NCBI GenBank assembly: GCA_029856365.1
Contig: JAHQWW010000003.1
Location: forward strand, 52,040 to 116,039
Reading direction: 5' to 3'
Source of the DNA: Candidatus Hodarchaeota archaeon
Lineage (GTDB): Archaea; Asgardarchaeota; Heimdallarchaeia; Hodarchaeales; Hodarchaeaceae
Length of the DNA: 64,000 bases
Numbering within the stretch: the stretch's first letter is position 1; each line of letters starts with the position of its first letter. Below are positions 38,280 through 49,899 of the stretch, one piece after another. Made by a program: the position numbers and the translations under genes. The notes below the pieces were generated by a model. It was not told the DNA's origin. It made no database searches and was given only the letters and a program-made list of their open reading frames with translations.

Positions 38280-40205
38280 ATGACATTTGAAATCGAAAAA
38301 TGTGAAGGCTGGGGGCGATTGGGACTAGCTTTTGGAAAAGAAGGTTTTATCACACCAAATATAGTAATACCTTGTTTTTTTAACAATAATTCTTCTTCTC
38401 AACAAAATTCTCTTTTGGACTTATTAAAATTCCAGGAAAACAATGCTTCTTTAACCTCTAGAAATAATGTAATAATGGATAACATAGATTTCGACTATTT
38501 TCCCTCATGTTTCATTTATCCTTCTTTACAAATGCAAGGAAAGTCTCTAAAGGAGGTTACTTGCTTTGAGGATATGTTCCCCGTGGACATAAACCAAAGC
38601 TCTAATCTAAAAGCTTCGTATCACCTTATCCCATGGGATTTACCTACAATATATTTGAATCGATATGATAAATACATACAAACTCTTAATAAAATCGAGG
38701 TACCAGAGTTAGATGATAAAATTAAGTTAATGTTAAATGTTCCATTCACACCTGAAATCCTAGAAACAGAGCTCCCACCTCTAAGGCCATCTGTTATTTC
38801 TGTGGTAAGTTTGGGAGATATTTCATCATTATTAACACATCCAAAACTTTTAATCAGATATTTGATTCGTATAAAGTCATGGTTACCTTCTAATAAGATG
38901 CTATACGCCCCTGCAGTTCCTTCAAGTTATATTCCAATTTTGGTGTACCTAGGTATTGATTTATTTGACTTATTAATTACAGAAATGTACTCAGCGAACC
39001 CTGATCAGCAATTGGATCTAATTCTTGAACAGCAGAAGAGTAGAAAGGCTTTTTCACAGATTCTGGATCTCACTAGAAAAGCTATAGAAACCTACAAATT
39101 AAGGGATTTAACAAGAATTTTCGCGAATTCCTATCCTTCTTTAAAGACATTATTAAGAATTAGTGATAAACAGATCCCACTTGAAGAAGGAACCCCGATT
39201 TATGGGTCTCGAACCCTCTACTGCACTGATGAAACTGATTTTACCCGTCCAGAAGTGACACGCTTTCGTGAACGAGTACAAACTCGTTATTTTCCTCCCT
39301 CTCACACTACTGGGATCATTTTCCTCCCTTGCTCCGCTAAAAAGCCATATTCAAAATCAAAATCACATAATATTTTTTCAAAAGTAATTCGTCAAAATTT
39401 GAAGAAAAAACGATTTTCAGTTGGAGAAGTAATTCTAACAAGCCCTTTAGGTGTTGTACCGCGAGAACTTGAGTACTCTTTTCCAGCAGCCCATTATGAT
39501 ATTCCAGTTATAGGAGAATGGAGTCAAATTGAGAAAAAACATCTTGAAGAAGATCTCGTATATTTTTTAAGTAAAATCAAACCTTCTATTCCGCTTGTGG
39601 GATATGTTAAAGGAATTGAACGTGATATATTGAAAAAAGTGTGTAAACTACATAATCGTTCGATATACCTCATAACTCAAGATACAACATCATTATATTC
39701 AAAAGAAGCTCTCAAAGAATTTTCAGCAATTCTCCAAGAGATTTGGCTAAACATTTCCTATAAGCCTAAAATCCCTAATCGACTCATGTTCCTAAGAGCA
39801 ATTGCTGATTTTCAATTCGGAAAAGGGATTGGACAAGTTCTTATTCCTGATCATGTCAAAATTTACGGTCGAAAAGAACTTGGTATCAGAGTTCAGCTTA
39901 ATAACAAACATCTACTCACATTTCGTCCAGAAACAGGTTATCTCACCTTATCCCTTACTGCAGGAAAACTGTTATTAGATTACAGTTGTAACTTAGTGAC
40001 ATTTGACGGTCAGAAGATCATTGGTTCTACAATATTCTCAAAAGCTATAATCATGGCAGATCCAGAGATACGTCAAAATGATGAAGTTCTTATTACAGAT
40101 AGAAATGGGGAATTATTAGCTGTTGGTATTGCACATTTACCAGGAAAACTTTTAGTTGAAATGAAAAGGGGAAAAGGGGTTACTATTCGGCAAAAGGTGA
40201 ATTAA
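38280..40205 (+). CDS. arcS: Archaeosine synthase alpha subunit (ArcS/TgtA2)
   Basis: TGT-like start (GRLG..TPN), LPCSAKKPYSKSKSH, TSPLGVVPRELE..PAAHYDIPV.GEW, C-terminal PUA. Confidence 0.92.
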   Translation: MTFEIEKCEGWGRLGLAFGKEGFITPNIVIPCFFNNNSSSQQNSLLDLLKFQENNASLTSRNNVIMDNIDFDYFPSCFIYPSLQMQGKSLKEVTCFEDMFPVDINQSSNLKASYHLIPWDLPTIYLNRYDKYIQTLNKIEVPELDDKIKLMLNVPFTPEILETELPPLRPSVISVVSLGDISSLLTHPKLLIRYLIRIKSWLPSNKMLYAPAVPSSYIPILVYLGIDLFDLLITEMYSANPDQQLDLILEQQKSRKAFSQILDLTRKAIETYKLRDLTRIFANSYPSLKTLLRISDKQIPLEEGTPIYGSRTLYCTDETDFTRPEVTRFRERVQTRYFPPSHTTGIIFLPCSAKKPYSKSKSHNIFSKVIRQNLKKKRFSVGEVILTSPLGVVPRELEYSFPAAHYDIPVIGEWSQIEKKHLEEDLVYFLSKIKPSIPLVGYVKGIERDILKKVCKLHNRSIYLITQDTTSLYSKEALKEFSAILQEIWLNISYKPKIPNRLMFLRAIADFQFGKGIGQVLIPDHVKIYGRKELGIRVQLNNKHLLTFRPETGYLTLSLTAGKLLLDYSCNLVTFDGQKIIGSTIFSKAIIMADPEIRQNDEVLITDRNGELLAVGIAHLPGKLLVEMKRGKGVTIRQKVN

Positions 40206-40206
40206 G

Positions 40207-41304
40207 ATGCCTCAAGAAAGAAACCAGCTTTTAGCTTCAACGGTTTTTAATTTACGTCAAGAATACTTAAGTAAACGACCTCCAGATTTTCAACCAAAAT
40301 TATGGAGTACTAAAACTGAAACAAGAAAAAGTATTGTAATAACTATGGTAATCCCAACAAGAGGATGTAGTTGGGCTTTTTCAGATAGTGGAGGATGTTC
40401 CGTTTGTGGTTATGTAAACGATTCCTCTTATGATCAAGTTATTCCGACCCAAAAAATTCTTGAGGAAATTAATCTTTCCTTGAGTCAGGTCGACTCTAGT
40501 AAGCCCATTGAATATAAGTTGTATAATTCAGGGAGTTTTTTTGACGAAAATGACGTTCCACAGAGATTACGATCACAAATTATTGATCTAATTAGGAAAA
40601 CAAATGGAATTCTTAAATTAAGTGTTGAAAGTAGGCCAGAATATCTCATAAATAATCAAAAAGCTATCAAAAAAGTAAAAGAAATGCTAGAACCCATTAA
40701 ACTAGAAATTGGCGTGGGGATTGAAAGCTCAAATAACGCTATCATAAGAGACTGTTGGAATAAAGGATTTTCTGTTGAAGATTATCAGAGAAGCGTACAA
40801 ATAACTCGAACACTGGGTATTCGGATTAAAAGTTATATTCTAATAAAACCTCCCTTTTTAACTGAGGTAGAGGCAATAATTGATGCAATAAAGACAGCTT
40901 GTGACACAGTGGAATTTGGAACTGATGTTATTTCATTCAATCCCTGTAATATCCAAAAAGGAACACTAGTCAACCATTTACACAAACAAGACCGTTATCA
41001 ACCTCCTTGGATATGGTCTGTGTTATATATTGTAAAAACAATTCGAAAAAAGTATCCAAATGTCGAGATAATTTGCGAACCGACTGCAGGAGGAAAGCAC
41101 CGAGGAACTCATAATTGCGGGAAATGCGATAAAACCGTCATTGACCTTGTTGACAAGATTATTAATAAGAAAAAGATACCTGATGATCTTTCTACAATCT
41201 GCTCCTGTTTTTTAAAATGGAGAATCCTAGTAAAAACCCCAATTGAGATATTTCGCTCAAGAAATCTGTCACGGTTGCGACGATTTGATCCTCTAAATGA
41301 GTAA
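40207..41304 (+). CDS. raSEA: Archaeosine biosynthesis radical SAM enzyme RaSEA
   Basis: TRGCSW-x5-GCSVCGY, SGSFFD..VP, ESRPE, KPPFLTE, YQPPWIWS, HNCGKCD; begins 1 nt after arcS. Confidence 0.92.
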   Translation: MPQERNQLLASTVFNLRQEYLSKRPPDFQPKLWSTKTETRKSIVITMVIPTRGCSWAFSDSGGCSVCGYVNDSSYDQVIPTQKILEEINLSLSQVDSSKPIEYKLYNSGSFFDENDVPQRLRSQIIDLIRKTNGILKLSVESRPEYLINNQKAIKKVKEMLEPIKLEIGVGIESSNNAIIRDCWNKGFSVEDYQRSVQITRTLGIRIKSYILIKPPFLTEVEAIIDAIKTACDTVEFGTDVISFNPCNIQKGTLVNHLHKQDRYQPPWIWSVLYIVKTIRKKYPNVEIICEPTAGGKHRGTHNCGKCDKTVIDLVDKIINKKKIPDDLSTICSCFLKWRILVKTPIEIFRSRNLSRLRRFDPLNE

Positions 41305-41310
41305 ATACAT

Positions 41311-42471
41311 TTATTTCAAAGAAGAAAGAGTTTTTAACAGCTCATCATTGTCCTCAAAAACATAATCCTTGTCTATTAACTTCTCAAGTTCATATAAAAC
41401 TTTTTTAGATGTTTTATTCAGCTTCTTGGGAAATTTCACGATAATTCCTATGTGCATATCTCCTTTCTGGGAGCTATTTGGATATGGAGCACCTTTATTA
41501 CGAAGTGTTATGATCTTTCCATGTTCTGTTCCTGGATCTATTTTAATTGTTTCTTTCCCATCTATAGTGGGAACTTCAACCTTTGTACCTAGAATAGCAT
41601 CAATAAAACTGATGGGATATTCTATAAGAATATCAGAGCCATTTCTATGGAAAAAAGGATGTTCTTCTACTGAAACAACGAGGTATAGATCTCCTGATGG
41701 TCCTCCTAGTTCTCCTGGCCGGCCTTCTCCCTGAATAACGACTCGCATACCGCTATCTACACCTGCAGGAATTTCAGCATTGACATTTCGAAATTGCTTT
41801 ACCTTTCCAATACCATTACACGTATTACATTCTGCACCTTTGGGAAGACTTTTGCCCTCTCCGTGACATGTTGGGCACGTAGATATATTAACAATTTGAC
41901 CAAACGCGGAACGTTGAATCCTACGGATTTCTCCAGTTCCTTGACATGTGTCACAATTTTTCAATGATTTTCCTTCTTTTACTTTCATACCATGGCAAGT
42001 TGGACACTGTGCCCAATTAGGAACTTTTATTTTCTTTTTTAATCCTTTCATTGCTTCATCAAAGGATATTTCCAGATTTAAACGCACATCCTGTCCTCGT
42101 CTTGCTCTAGGACGTGATGTTCGGGCACGGGAACCCCCACCAAAGGCACTGAATAAATCATCGAAGATTCCAAAGCCACCAAAGAGATCATCAAAACTAA
42201 TCCCAGAGAAATCTCTAAATGGGGTTCCTGACAATCCTTCATGACCAAAACGATCATAAGTAGCACGTTTGTCGTTATCTGAAAGAACTTCAAACGCTTC
42301 AGCTACTTCTTTAAATTTTTCTTCAGCATTTGGATCATCAGGTTTCATGTCAGGATGATATTTCCTAGCGAGATTACGAAATGCCTTCTTTATTGTTTTT
42401 AAATCAGCATCTCTAGAAACTCCCAAGACTTCGTAATAATCTCTTCTAATCTTCTCGCTCAGCACTTTCAC
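41311..42471 (-). CDS. dnaJ: Chaperone DnaJ
   Basis: J-domain with HPD, G/F region, four CxxCxGxG-type repeats. Confidence 0.97.
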   Translation of the reverse strand: MKVLSEKIRRDYYEVLGVSRDADLKTIKKAFRNLARKYHPDMKPDDPNAEEKFKEVAEAFEVLSDNDKRATYDRFGHEGLSGTPFRDFSGISFDDLFGGFGIFDDLFSAFGGGSRARTSRPRARRGQDVRLNLEISFDEAMKGLKKKIKVPNWAQCPTCHGMKVKEGKSLKNCDTCQGTGEIRRIQRSAFGQIVNISTCPTCHGEGKSLPKGAECNTCNGIGKVKQFRNVNAEIPAGVDSGMRVVIQGEGRPGELGGPSGDLYLVVSVEEHPFFHRNGSDILIEYPISFIDAILGTKVEVPTIDGKETIKIDPGTEHGKIITLRNKGAPYPNSSQKGDMHIGIIVKFPKKLNKTSKKVLYELEKLIDKDYVFEDNDELLKTLSSLK

Positions 42472-42504
42472 CTAGCTTGGATTTCTAATTTTTGAAATCT
42501 TTAT

Positions 42505-44370
42505 TTAATCATCGTCTACTATTTCATAATCAACATCAACAACTTCAGAGTCATCGGCTCCACTTGGGGCGCCTTGAAAACCAGACGCACCCGCCTGCTG
42601 AGCTTGGGTCTGAGCCTGTTGAGCTGTTTGTTGTGCATATAGTTTTTGAGCGAGTTCGTGAGTAATTCTTTCTAGTTCCTCACTTTCTTTTTTAATTTCA
42701 GAGACATTACTTCCTGTCAACGCTTTTTTCACGACTTCAATCTGGTTTTCAGCTCTTGAACGTAAATTAGTATCAACTTGGGCTCCTAAATCTTTTATGA
42801 GTTTCTCTGATTGATAAACTAATGAATCTGCTTTATTCCGAGTCTCTGCTTCTTCAAGGCGCTTCTCATCTTCTTCTTCGTAATTAGCTGCCTCATGAAC
42901 CATCCGTTCAAAATCCTTCTTGGTGAGCCCGCTTTCACTCTTTATAGTAATTTTTTGTTCGTTTCCAGTCCCAAGATCCTTTGCAGAGACGTTGACAATC
43001 CCGTTTGCATCGATATCAAAAGTTACTTCTATTTGTGGAACTCCTCGGGGAGCAGGAGGAATACCAACAAGTTGAAACCTACCTAAAGTTATGTTATTTG
43101 ATGCCATTTTACGCTCACCTTGTAATACGTGAACTTCGACAGATGGTTGATTATCTGCTGCTGTAGAGAATATTTGACTTTTTTTAGTGGGAATAGTAGT
43201 ATTTCTTTCAATTAATCTTGTAAAGACTCCGCCTAATGTCTCTATACCAAGTGAAAGAGGAGTTACATCAAGTAGCAACACATCCTTCACGTCTCCCATT
43301 AAGATTCCAGCCTGAATAGCAGCACCTAAAGCAACACACTCATCAGGATTGATTTCTTTAGTTAACTCTTTTTTATAGTAGGTTTTTAACGCAGATTGAA
43401 CAGCAGGTACTCTAGTTGAACCACCAACAAGTAGGATTTTATCAATATCGGAAGGTTGTAGTTTCGCGTCCTGCATTGCTTGGTGAGTAGGCCCCATAGC
43501 AGCCTCGATTAGATCAGCTATCATTATCTCGAATTTAGAACGTGATAATGTAAGGTTTAGATGCTTTGGGCCAGTATTATCAGCATAAATATATGGTAAG
43601 TTAATATCAGCAGATGTTTTTTGTGATAGTTCAATCTTGGCTTGCTCAGCTGCATCCTTTAAACGCTGCAATGCCATTGGATCTTTTGAGAGATCTAATC
43701 CGGTTTGATTCTTGAATTCTTCAACCATCCAATCCATTATTCTTTGATCAAAATCATCCCCTCCTAGGCGATTATTGCCCGAAGTAGCCTTTACCTCGAA
43801 AACACCTTCTGATAACTCCAAAATCGAGACATCAAATGTGCCTCCTCCTAAATCGAAGACCAAAACAGTTTGTTCTTCCTCTTTATCAATTCCATAAGCC
43901 AATGAGGCACTTGTTGGCTCATTGATAATACGAAGTACCTCCATTCCTGCAATTCGTCCAGCATCTTTGGTAGCTTGCCTCTGTGAGTCAGAAAAATAAG
44001 CTGGAACTGTGATAACAGCCTGTTTAATGGATTCTCCTAAGTATGCTTCAGCATCTCGTTTAAGTTTCTGAAGAATCATTGCACTGATCTCTGGTGGTTT
44101 ATACTCTTTTCCATCAATAGTAACAGTATATATAGTACCCATTTCTCTCTTTATGGATCTAATCGTGCGTTCAGGATTTGATACGGCCTGTCTTTTAGCC
44201 AAAAGTCCTACGACTCGTTCTCCTTCCTTTGTAATCGTAACTACCGAAGGAGTGATTCTCTGACCTTCCGCATTTGGAATAATTTTCGCTTTTCCGCCTT
44301 CTATAGTGGCAATAGCAGAAAAAGTCGTTCCTAAATCTATACCAATTGGTTTTGCCATTTTATTTCTCAC
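42505..44370 (-). CDS. dnaK: Chaperone DnaK (likely start 44358)
   Basis: [32 protein letters not shown]. Confidence 0.98.
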   Translation of the reverse strand: MRNKMAKPIGIDLGTTFSAIATIEGGKAKIIPNAEGQRITPSVVTITKEGERVVGLLAKRQAVSNPERTIRSIKREMGTIYTVTIDGKEYKPPEISAMILQKLKRDAEAYLGESIKQAVITVPAYFSDSQRQATKDAGRIAGMEVLRIINEPTSASLAYGIDKEEEQTVLVFDLGGGTFDVSILELSEGVFEVKATSGNNRLGGDDFDQRIMDWMVEEFKNQTGLDLSKDPMALQRLKDAAEQAKIELSQKTSADINLPYIYADNTGPKHLNLTLSRSKFEIMIADLIEAAMGPTHQAMQDAKLQPSDIDKILLVGGSTRVPAVQSALKTYYKKELTKEINPDECVALGAAIQAGILMGDVKDVLLLDVTPLSLGIETLGGVFTRLIERNTTIPTKKSQIFSTAADNQPSVEVHVLQGERKMASNNITLGRFQLVGIPPAPRGVPQIEVTFDIDANGIVNVSAKDLGTGNEQKITIKSESGLTKKDFERMVHEAANYEEEDEKRLEEAETRNKADSLVYQSEKLIKDLGAQVDTNLRSRAENQIEVVKKALTGSNVSEIKKESEELERITHELAQKLYAQQTAQQAQTQAQQAGASGFQGAPSGADDSEVVDVDYEIVDDD

Positions 44371-45010
44371 CTGTCTTTGTTTTAGCTACTACAACTTTTG
44401 TTGGACGTAATACTTTTGAATTCAACAGATATCCAATTTGAGCTTCCTCTAGAATAATATTCTCTTCAGTCTCAGAATCAGGTTTCACAAAAACAACTTC
44501 ATGGAAGTTTGGATCAAACTTCTCCCCAATAGCTGGAATTCTCTCGATTCCTTCGTTCTTTAAAATCGTCTTAAACTGGTTATGAACAGCTTGAAAACCG
44601 TCAAGTATTGATTCGTGCGTTGTTGACTTATTAGTGGATATTTCACTTTCAGCTTTTTCAAAGCTGTCAGCAAGATCGACAAGCTTAAGTAAAAGCCTTT
44701 CATTAGCTTGTTTCACAATTCTAGCTCGTTCTGTTCGTGTCCGTTTCTCTAAATTCTCGTAATCCGCTAATGCACGAAGATATTTCTCATGAGCTTTATT
44801 ATAAAGCTCATCCTTCTCTTCAAGTTGATTGTAAACGCGTTTCAATTCATCTAATAGTTCTCTATTAGTGGCTCCCTCCGTTAGTCCTGAGACTGATTCT
44901 TTCTTGTCCTCAACTTCAGAAGGAGTCTTATCATCTGTTGTTTCGATTTGATAATCAATATCAACAATTTCCTCTTCGCTCTCATGATTATTAGGTTTCT
45001 TTTGGCTCAT
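44360..45010 (-). CDS. grpE: Nucleotide exchange factor GrpE
   Basis: [35 protein letters not shown]. Confidence 0.96.
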   Translation of the reverse strand: MSQKKPNNHESEEEIVDIDYQIETTDDKTPSEVEDKKESVSGLTEGATNRELLDELKRVYNQLEEKDELYNKAHEKYLRALADYENLEKRTRTERARIVKQANERLLLKLVDLADSFEKAESEISTNKSTTHESILDGFQAVHNQFKTILKNEGIERIPAIGEKFDPNFHEVVFVKPDSETEENIILEEAQIGYLLNSKVLRPTKVVVAKTKTGEK

Positions 45011-45020
45011 TGCAAATACC

Positions 45021-45758
45021 TCATTCTGGTTTTACACTCAATGCTGATTCTAGCTTGTTCATTAAGTGAATTCCTTTCTCTGGTAGTAAATTTTTTTCAT
45101 GTAATCTCCGTAGTGACGCTAAAAGTTCAGGTCGCTCAGTTTCAATCTCTTTTTGGATTAAATCAATAGTTATAGGAGCTGAACTTGAGAAAATAGCATA
45201 GGCTAGTTCTCTATCTTTACGGTGTGCGTCACCTTCAAGTTTCATTGAAATCGTTTCATTTAATTCCCCAGTAATAGAGAGCTTCCTGCTTAGCAGAAAC
45301 GTCTCAATAGAACCGAGTTGATCAAGTACAGCATTTAATCTGCTTATTTTTTCATCAAAATTGGCATCTCTTTTTTCTAAAGCTTCCAATACACTTAACG
45401 ATAAATCTTTGCTTAAGGACTCGACATGCTTTAAGGGAAATATTTGTTTCGTATTCGATTCTCCGATTGATATCTCGAAAACGTCAAAATCAAAAGAGTG
45501 TTGACTTAAGGTGATCCTAACAGAAAGATTTTTCGCTATTCGATATATTTTTCTAGAAGGACCAAAAGGTCCCTCAACTGATTCACGAATAATCCAACCT
45601 TTATCCATTAGGCAGTTGAGATGTCTTTGAAGAGATTGTTGTGTTTTCTCCAATTCCTGTGAAAGCTGAAAAAGATATTTCGGCTCATGTGCAATAGATC
45701 TTAAGATATTTCGACGTGTTTCGTTACCAATCAATTCAAAAAATTCTTTTTCATCCAC
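45021..45758 (-). CDS. ArsR-type wHTH regulator heading the grpE-dnaK-dnaJ operon (archaeal heat-shock regulator, COG1777-like)
   Basis: LIGNETRRNIL...PKYLFQLS...RHLNCL...GPSRKIY. Confidence 0.85.
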   Translation of the reverse strand: MDEKEFFELIGNETRRNILRSIAHEPKYLFQLSQELEKTQQSLQRHLNCLMDKGWIIRESVEGPFGPSRKIYRIAKNLSVRITLSQHSFDFDVFEISIGESNTKQIFPLKHVESLSKDLSLSVLEALEKRDANFDEKISRLNAVLDQLGSIETFLLSRKLSITGELNETISMKLEGDAHRKDRELAYAIFSSSAPITIDLIQKEIETERPELLASLRRLHEKNLLPEKGIHLMNKLESALSVKPE

Positions 45759-45840
45759 AGGAAGTTAATCTCCCTTACGATTAATTCATTTTGTCCGTGG
45801 AAGCAACAATTACTAATCAATTTTAAAGCTTATTAGCAGA

Positions 45841-45860
45841 CAAGCTGACTAGTTAGCTTG
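45841..45860. promoter_or_regulatory. 20-bp near-perfect palindrome upstream of the heat-shock operon promoter
   Basis: CAAGCTGACTAGTTAGCTTG (one mismatch), 13 nt upstream of a minus-strand TTTAAAA at 45821-45827. Confidence 0.4.
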
Positions 45861-45880
45861 ACTGATGAGTAAATTTCAGG

Positions 45881-46837
45881 TTACTCCTCTTCCTCTCTAT
45901 CAGGACTTGATTCAAGAAAATCAGGATTCTGTGTCATCATGATTCTCATTTCTTCAATAGAAAGAGTTTTCTTTTTTGTGTGACTTAACTTCTCACGTAT
46001 TTTCGCGCTTTGTGCTTCAAGTATTTCAGCAGTAACTCTATCACGCTCAATTTGAACTCGTTCCTTTTGAATACGGCTTTGTTCTCTTAGAATACTCGAT
46101 TTTTCCCTAAGAGTCTTATTCAATGTACGAAACTCGTCACGTAGTACCCGTATTTCATCTACTTTTTCCAAGAATTCCTTATGTCTACGATCAGCTTCAT
46201 CTTTCGCTCTTTTTCCTGCTTCGTACAGTTCAGTTAATTGCTGATGTGACTTTTGTGATTTTTCTACTAGTTCAGAGAAATCTTTCCAGCTATGATCGAG
46301 AAATCCACGAAGATTGTTTATTTCACGATTTAGCTCTTTTCGAGCTTGTAGTTTCTCTTCTGAAACAGATATTTCACCTAACTGTTCCATTAAACTGTTA
46401 ACTTGCTCTGTTAACTGTCTTTCTTCAGCTACTCCCATAGATGGTGTTGTTTGAATTTTCCAATCTAATCTATCAATCCGTTTACGAATACTTTTAGAGT
46501 GTTTAATTTCTTTTTCATCAATATCCATTGATTTAATCTCTTCTTGTAGTGACTGAGCGTTTTTAATCAAACCTTTCATTTCCTCAAGAACACTACGTCG
46601 AACCATTTTCAATTCTTGGATAGATTGATTGTTTTTGTCCCGTAAATCTTTTAGTTCCCTCACTTGAACAAAGTTTTCTGAAGCTACCTTATTAAGTTCG
46701 TCCCTTTCATTACGACATTGATTCCGTTCTCGCTCTAGTTTTCGAAGCTGGCTGAGTAAATGGGATTTTTGGTTACGAAGTTGTATTATTTCATCTTTCA
46801 GAGTCCTAAGGTCTTGAGCTTCAAAGGCCTTGGCCAT
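45881..46837 (-). CDS. Archaeal long coiled-coil protein (COG1340-like)
   Basis: RNERDELN, LDWKIQT...EERQL, KDEADRRH motifs. The MAKAF start at 46837 is preferred over the 46996 start in the track, whose extension is atypical. Confidence 0.8.
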   Translation of the reverse strand: MAKAFEAQDLRTLKDEIIQLRNQKSHLLSQLRKLERERNQCRNERDELNKVASENFVQVRELKDLRDKNNQSIQELKMVRRSVLEEMKGLIKNAQSLQEEIKSMDIDEKEIKHSKSIRKRIDRLDWKIQTTPSMGVAEERQLTEQVNSLMEQLGEISVSEEKLQARKELNREINNLRGFLDHSWKDFSELVEKSQKSHQQLTELYEAGKRAKDEADRRHKEFLEKVDEIRVLRDEFRTLNKTLREKSSILREQSRIQKERVQIERDRVTAEILEAQSAKIREKLSHTKKKTLSIEEMRIMMTQNPDFLESSPDREEEE

Positions 46838-47176
46838 ATATAATACACCATTAGGAATTAAATAAACAGTTATTGGTATTTTTATGAGAACAATAGCAGA
46901 AAAACCCGTTAACCAGTATGATAAGGAAAAAATACCTAATTTAAAATATCTTTGATTGGGTCTAATAAGCACTTCTAATAAAATAATTGAAATCATGAAT
47001 AAATTGGATTACTGTAATGCAATTTGTTCTGCTTAAAGCTTGTTTAAATGATTATAAAGAGATTTTATCGCAAGACTGAAATTTTCAATTCTCAAAACAA
47101 ATAGAATGATATTTACACGAAAACTGTATAAATATGACTTATAAATAATATTTATTTCTTTCTTAGTGGTATCGCA

Positions 47177-47920
47177 ATGACATCTAATGCCTTAGGAGTT
47201 ATTTTTGATCTGGATGGTACGTTAATAGATTCAATGAGAAGTTTCTATGATTTAGTTGTCAGCAATCTTGAACAGAGAAATCTTAGGATTTCAATAGAGA
47301 GTCTAAAGAAAGTTGGCACTGAATTAATAGAAGATTATAAAACAGCCCCATCTGGACAAGGATTACGACTTGTTATCAGCTTATTTTGGAAGATTGGTAG
47401 AAAATCTGGACTTTCTAGACTCAAAACAATCGGATTTTCATTTAATTGTGTTTCAAAAGCGAGAAAGGTTTACTATTCAGCGCCATTGTTCGCAGATGTG
47501 AAAAAAACATTATTACGCCTTCAAGAGGCTGGATTTCACCTTGGTGTATATACAATGGCTTCTCGAAGGCAATTAATGGAAACTTTAGTTAAACACGAGA
47601 TTAATCACTTTTTTAATCCAAAGGGATTAATTTCAAGGAACGATGTTAAGCGAGCGAAACCAGATCCAGAGGGAGTTTTATTAGCGTGTGAAATGTGCTC
47701 TATTCATCCTTCAAAAGGGGTTTATATTGGAGACATGCCTGTTGACGTGATAGCAGGAAACAATGCAGGAACAATTACTATTGCTATGACTACAGGATTA
47801 GTGAACAGGAGAATATTCGAGCAGTATTGCCATCCTACTGCTATTTTTGACTCTTTAGAACAAGCAACAACTTGGATCTTACAAACAATTTCCCCTAATT
47901 CTCCAAATCTTATATTTTAA
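47177..47920 (+). CDS. HAD-superfamily hydrolase (phosphoglycolate phosphatase-like)
   Basis: IFDLDGTL, KPDP, YIGD..VD..AG..AG. Confidence 0.92.
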   Translation: MTSNALGVIFDLDGTLIDSMRSFYDLVVSNLEQRNLRISIESLKKVGTELIEDYKTAPSGQGLRLVISLFWKIGRKSGLSRLKTIGFSFNCVSKARKVYYSAPLFADVKKTLLRLQEAGFHLGVYTMASRRQLMETLVKHEINHFFNPKGLISRNDVKRAKPDPEGVLLACEMCSIHPSKGVYIGDMPVDVIAGNNAGTITIAMTTGLVNRRIFEQYCHPTAIFDSLEQATTWILQTISPNSPNLIF

Positions 47921-48042
47921 CTGTTGTGCGAAAAAACTAAAGAATAATTATTAATGATTTTAAACAATAAATATAGGGATTTTTTAAAAAAAAGATAAAA
48001 ATAACTATTTATCATCCTATCCCCATCTTTGGAGTTTTAAAA

Positions 48043-49092
48043 ATGACTGATTTATCCTTCAACGAAGTACTCACCCGTTTAAGTGAACTAGGTAAGTCCG
48101 TGGAGCCGAAAATGCAAGATTTTCTCTTAAAGGGAATTGATCAAGAATTTCAGGATTTAATAATGTGGCAGACAAAAACAGGAGGAAAAAGATTGCGACC
48201 AGCACTGACTATTATTTTTGCTCAAGCATTTGGAGCATCTCCAAATGATCCAGAGGTTTTAGCTGCTGCAGCAGGAATTGAACTTATTCACAATTATTCA
48301 CTGATTCTAGATGATATCATTGACCGTGGTGAGGTTCGACGTGGTTATCCTTCTGTGAGAGCTAAATATGGAGACGAATTCGCGATTCTATCGGGAATAA
48401 TTCATCGTGAGAGTGTTTATGAGGCTTCGAAAGCAACTGGAAAGTATGCAACTGATGCAATCAATATTTACTCGGAAACAATTAGGAAGTTAACAGAAGG
48501 AGAACGATTAGATATCCTTTTCGAACAAAAAGATGATAGAACCCACGAATACTTCCAAGCAAATCGTTATCGTACAATTACACTTGAGGATTATCAGAGA
48601 ATGATATCAGGAAAAACAGCTTCACTCCTCTCTGCTGCTTGTAAACTGGGTGCTCTCGTTGGAGGAGCCTCTCTTGATGAACAGGAGGTTGCTGAAAAAT
48701 TTGGTTGGACAACAGGTATTGCTTTTCAAATAACTGATGACTATCTGGATATTTTTACTGTTTCGGATAAGTTTGGAAAAGAAATTTATAAGGATATTAT
48801 TGAACAGAAACTTGGAAATTTTGTTATATTACAAGCATTAAGAGCGCTTAAAGAAGATAATGCAAAACAACTCAAAAAAAGCCTAAGAGATTCTATACTT
48901 TCAGATGATGATCGAATTAGTAATTGTCTCCCCTTGATAGAGAAATCTAATGCAAAAGAAACCGTGATAAAAGAAGCTGAAAGATGGGTTGATGAAGCAA
49001 AAATGATTTTATCAAATGTTAAATTCAAGAATGAAAAAATCCGCATCATTTTGGAAAAGATTGCTGAATTTACTGTTAAAAGAGCTTTCTGA
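48043..49092 (+). CDS. Polyprenyl (geranylgeranyl) diphosphate synthase
   Basis: GGKRLRP, HNYSLILDDIID...RRG, KTA, FQITDDYLD. Confidence 0.93.
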   Translation: MTDLSFNEVLTRLSELGKSVEPKMQDFLLKGIDQEFQDLIMWQTKTGGKRLRPALTIIFAQAFGASPNDPEVLAAAAGIELIHNYSLILDDIIDRGEVRRGYPSVRAKYGDEFAILSGIIHRESVYEASKATGKYATDAINIYSETIRKLTEGERLDILFEQKDDRTHEYFQANRYRTITLEDYQRMISGKTASLLSAACKLGALVGGASLDEQEVAEKFGWTTGIAFQITDDYLDIFTVSDKFGKEIYKDIIEQKLGNFVILQALRALKEDNAKQLKKSLRDSILSDDDRISNCLPLIEKSNAKETVIKEAERWVDEAKMILSNVKFKNEKIRIILEKIAEFTVKRAF

Positions 49093-49184
49093 CTTATATA
49101 TAATAGCATCTTATCAGTTTATCTCATATCAAAGGATATAAGGGTTTGAAAATAATTCTCAATTATAAAAAGAATAGAAGAAAA

Positions 49185-49844
49185 TTATTTTTTCGGAATT
49201 GACTTTTCCATAAGTTCAGCTAAATCATCAAGCTCTTCTAGTCCAGTTTTAAGTTCTTCATCTAATTCTTTAATTTTCTGCTTTAAGAACTTAATAGTGT
49301 TTTCATTGTCTTTCTGTGATAACTCCTCTCCACATGTAGAACAGATAAATCCGAGTTCAAACGCATCAGAGAAAGTAACAGGTGTATGTCCTTCAGCACA
49401 AACATATAATAGGTTTCTTTGTTCGTAATCCAAACGTTGTCTTAATTTTTTTATTGAGAGCTTTCGTCGGCTTACAATAAGATCGAGGATTCTTTCAAAA
49501 ATAGGACTCCAATAATACACAAAATAACCAGTTTCTTTATCTCGAACACGTCGATAACGAGCTAAAGATCGTTCATTCAATTTATACAACGATTTTCTAA
49601 CTTCTTTCAAAGCAATACGTGAAATTATTTTTTCCTCATCCCCATTCAGATCTTCTTGTAACTGTTCTATCTCTTCATTAAGAATATTTACCATCTCTTC
49701 GTCAATTATTTCTTTATGTTCTAGAAGTACATTAAGGACTTTGACTGTGGTTTTATCTGTCAATTTAAGAATAATATTATTGAGTTGAGAAAAAGACAAA
49801 GACAACACCTTAACGCAAGGATAAATAATTCTTGACTCTTTCAA
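49185..49844 (-). CDS. tfe: Transcription factor E alpha subunit
   Basis: DEE..., EVRKSLYKL, RVRDKETGYFVYYW, Zn ribbon C..GH...F.DAFELGFICSTCG. Confidence 0.93.
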   Translation of the reverse strand: MKESRIIYPCVKVLSLSFSQLNNIILKLTDKTTVKVLNVLLEHKEIIDEEMVNILNEEIEQLQEDLNGDEEKIISRIALKEVRKSLYKLNERSLARYRRVRDKETGYFVYYWSPIFERILDLIVSRRKLSIKKLRQRLDYEQRNLLYVCAEGHTPVTFSDAFELGFICSTCGEELSQKDNENTIKFLKQKIKELDEELKTGLEELDDLAELMEKSIPKK

Positions 49845-49899
49845 TTATTAATTACTGAAATACCTAAGATATCAGAATAAAGGATAGAGAACGAACTAG

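Noticed and set aside
38280-41304. arcS-RaSEA pair (with tgtA at 59610-61535) as a novel system
   Set aside because: This is the established archaeosine pathway.
42560-42640. Gln/Ala-rich repeats near the dnaK 3' end
   Set aside because: An ordinary low-complexity DnaK C-terminal tail.
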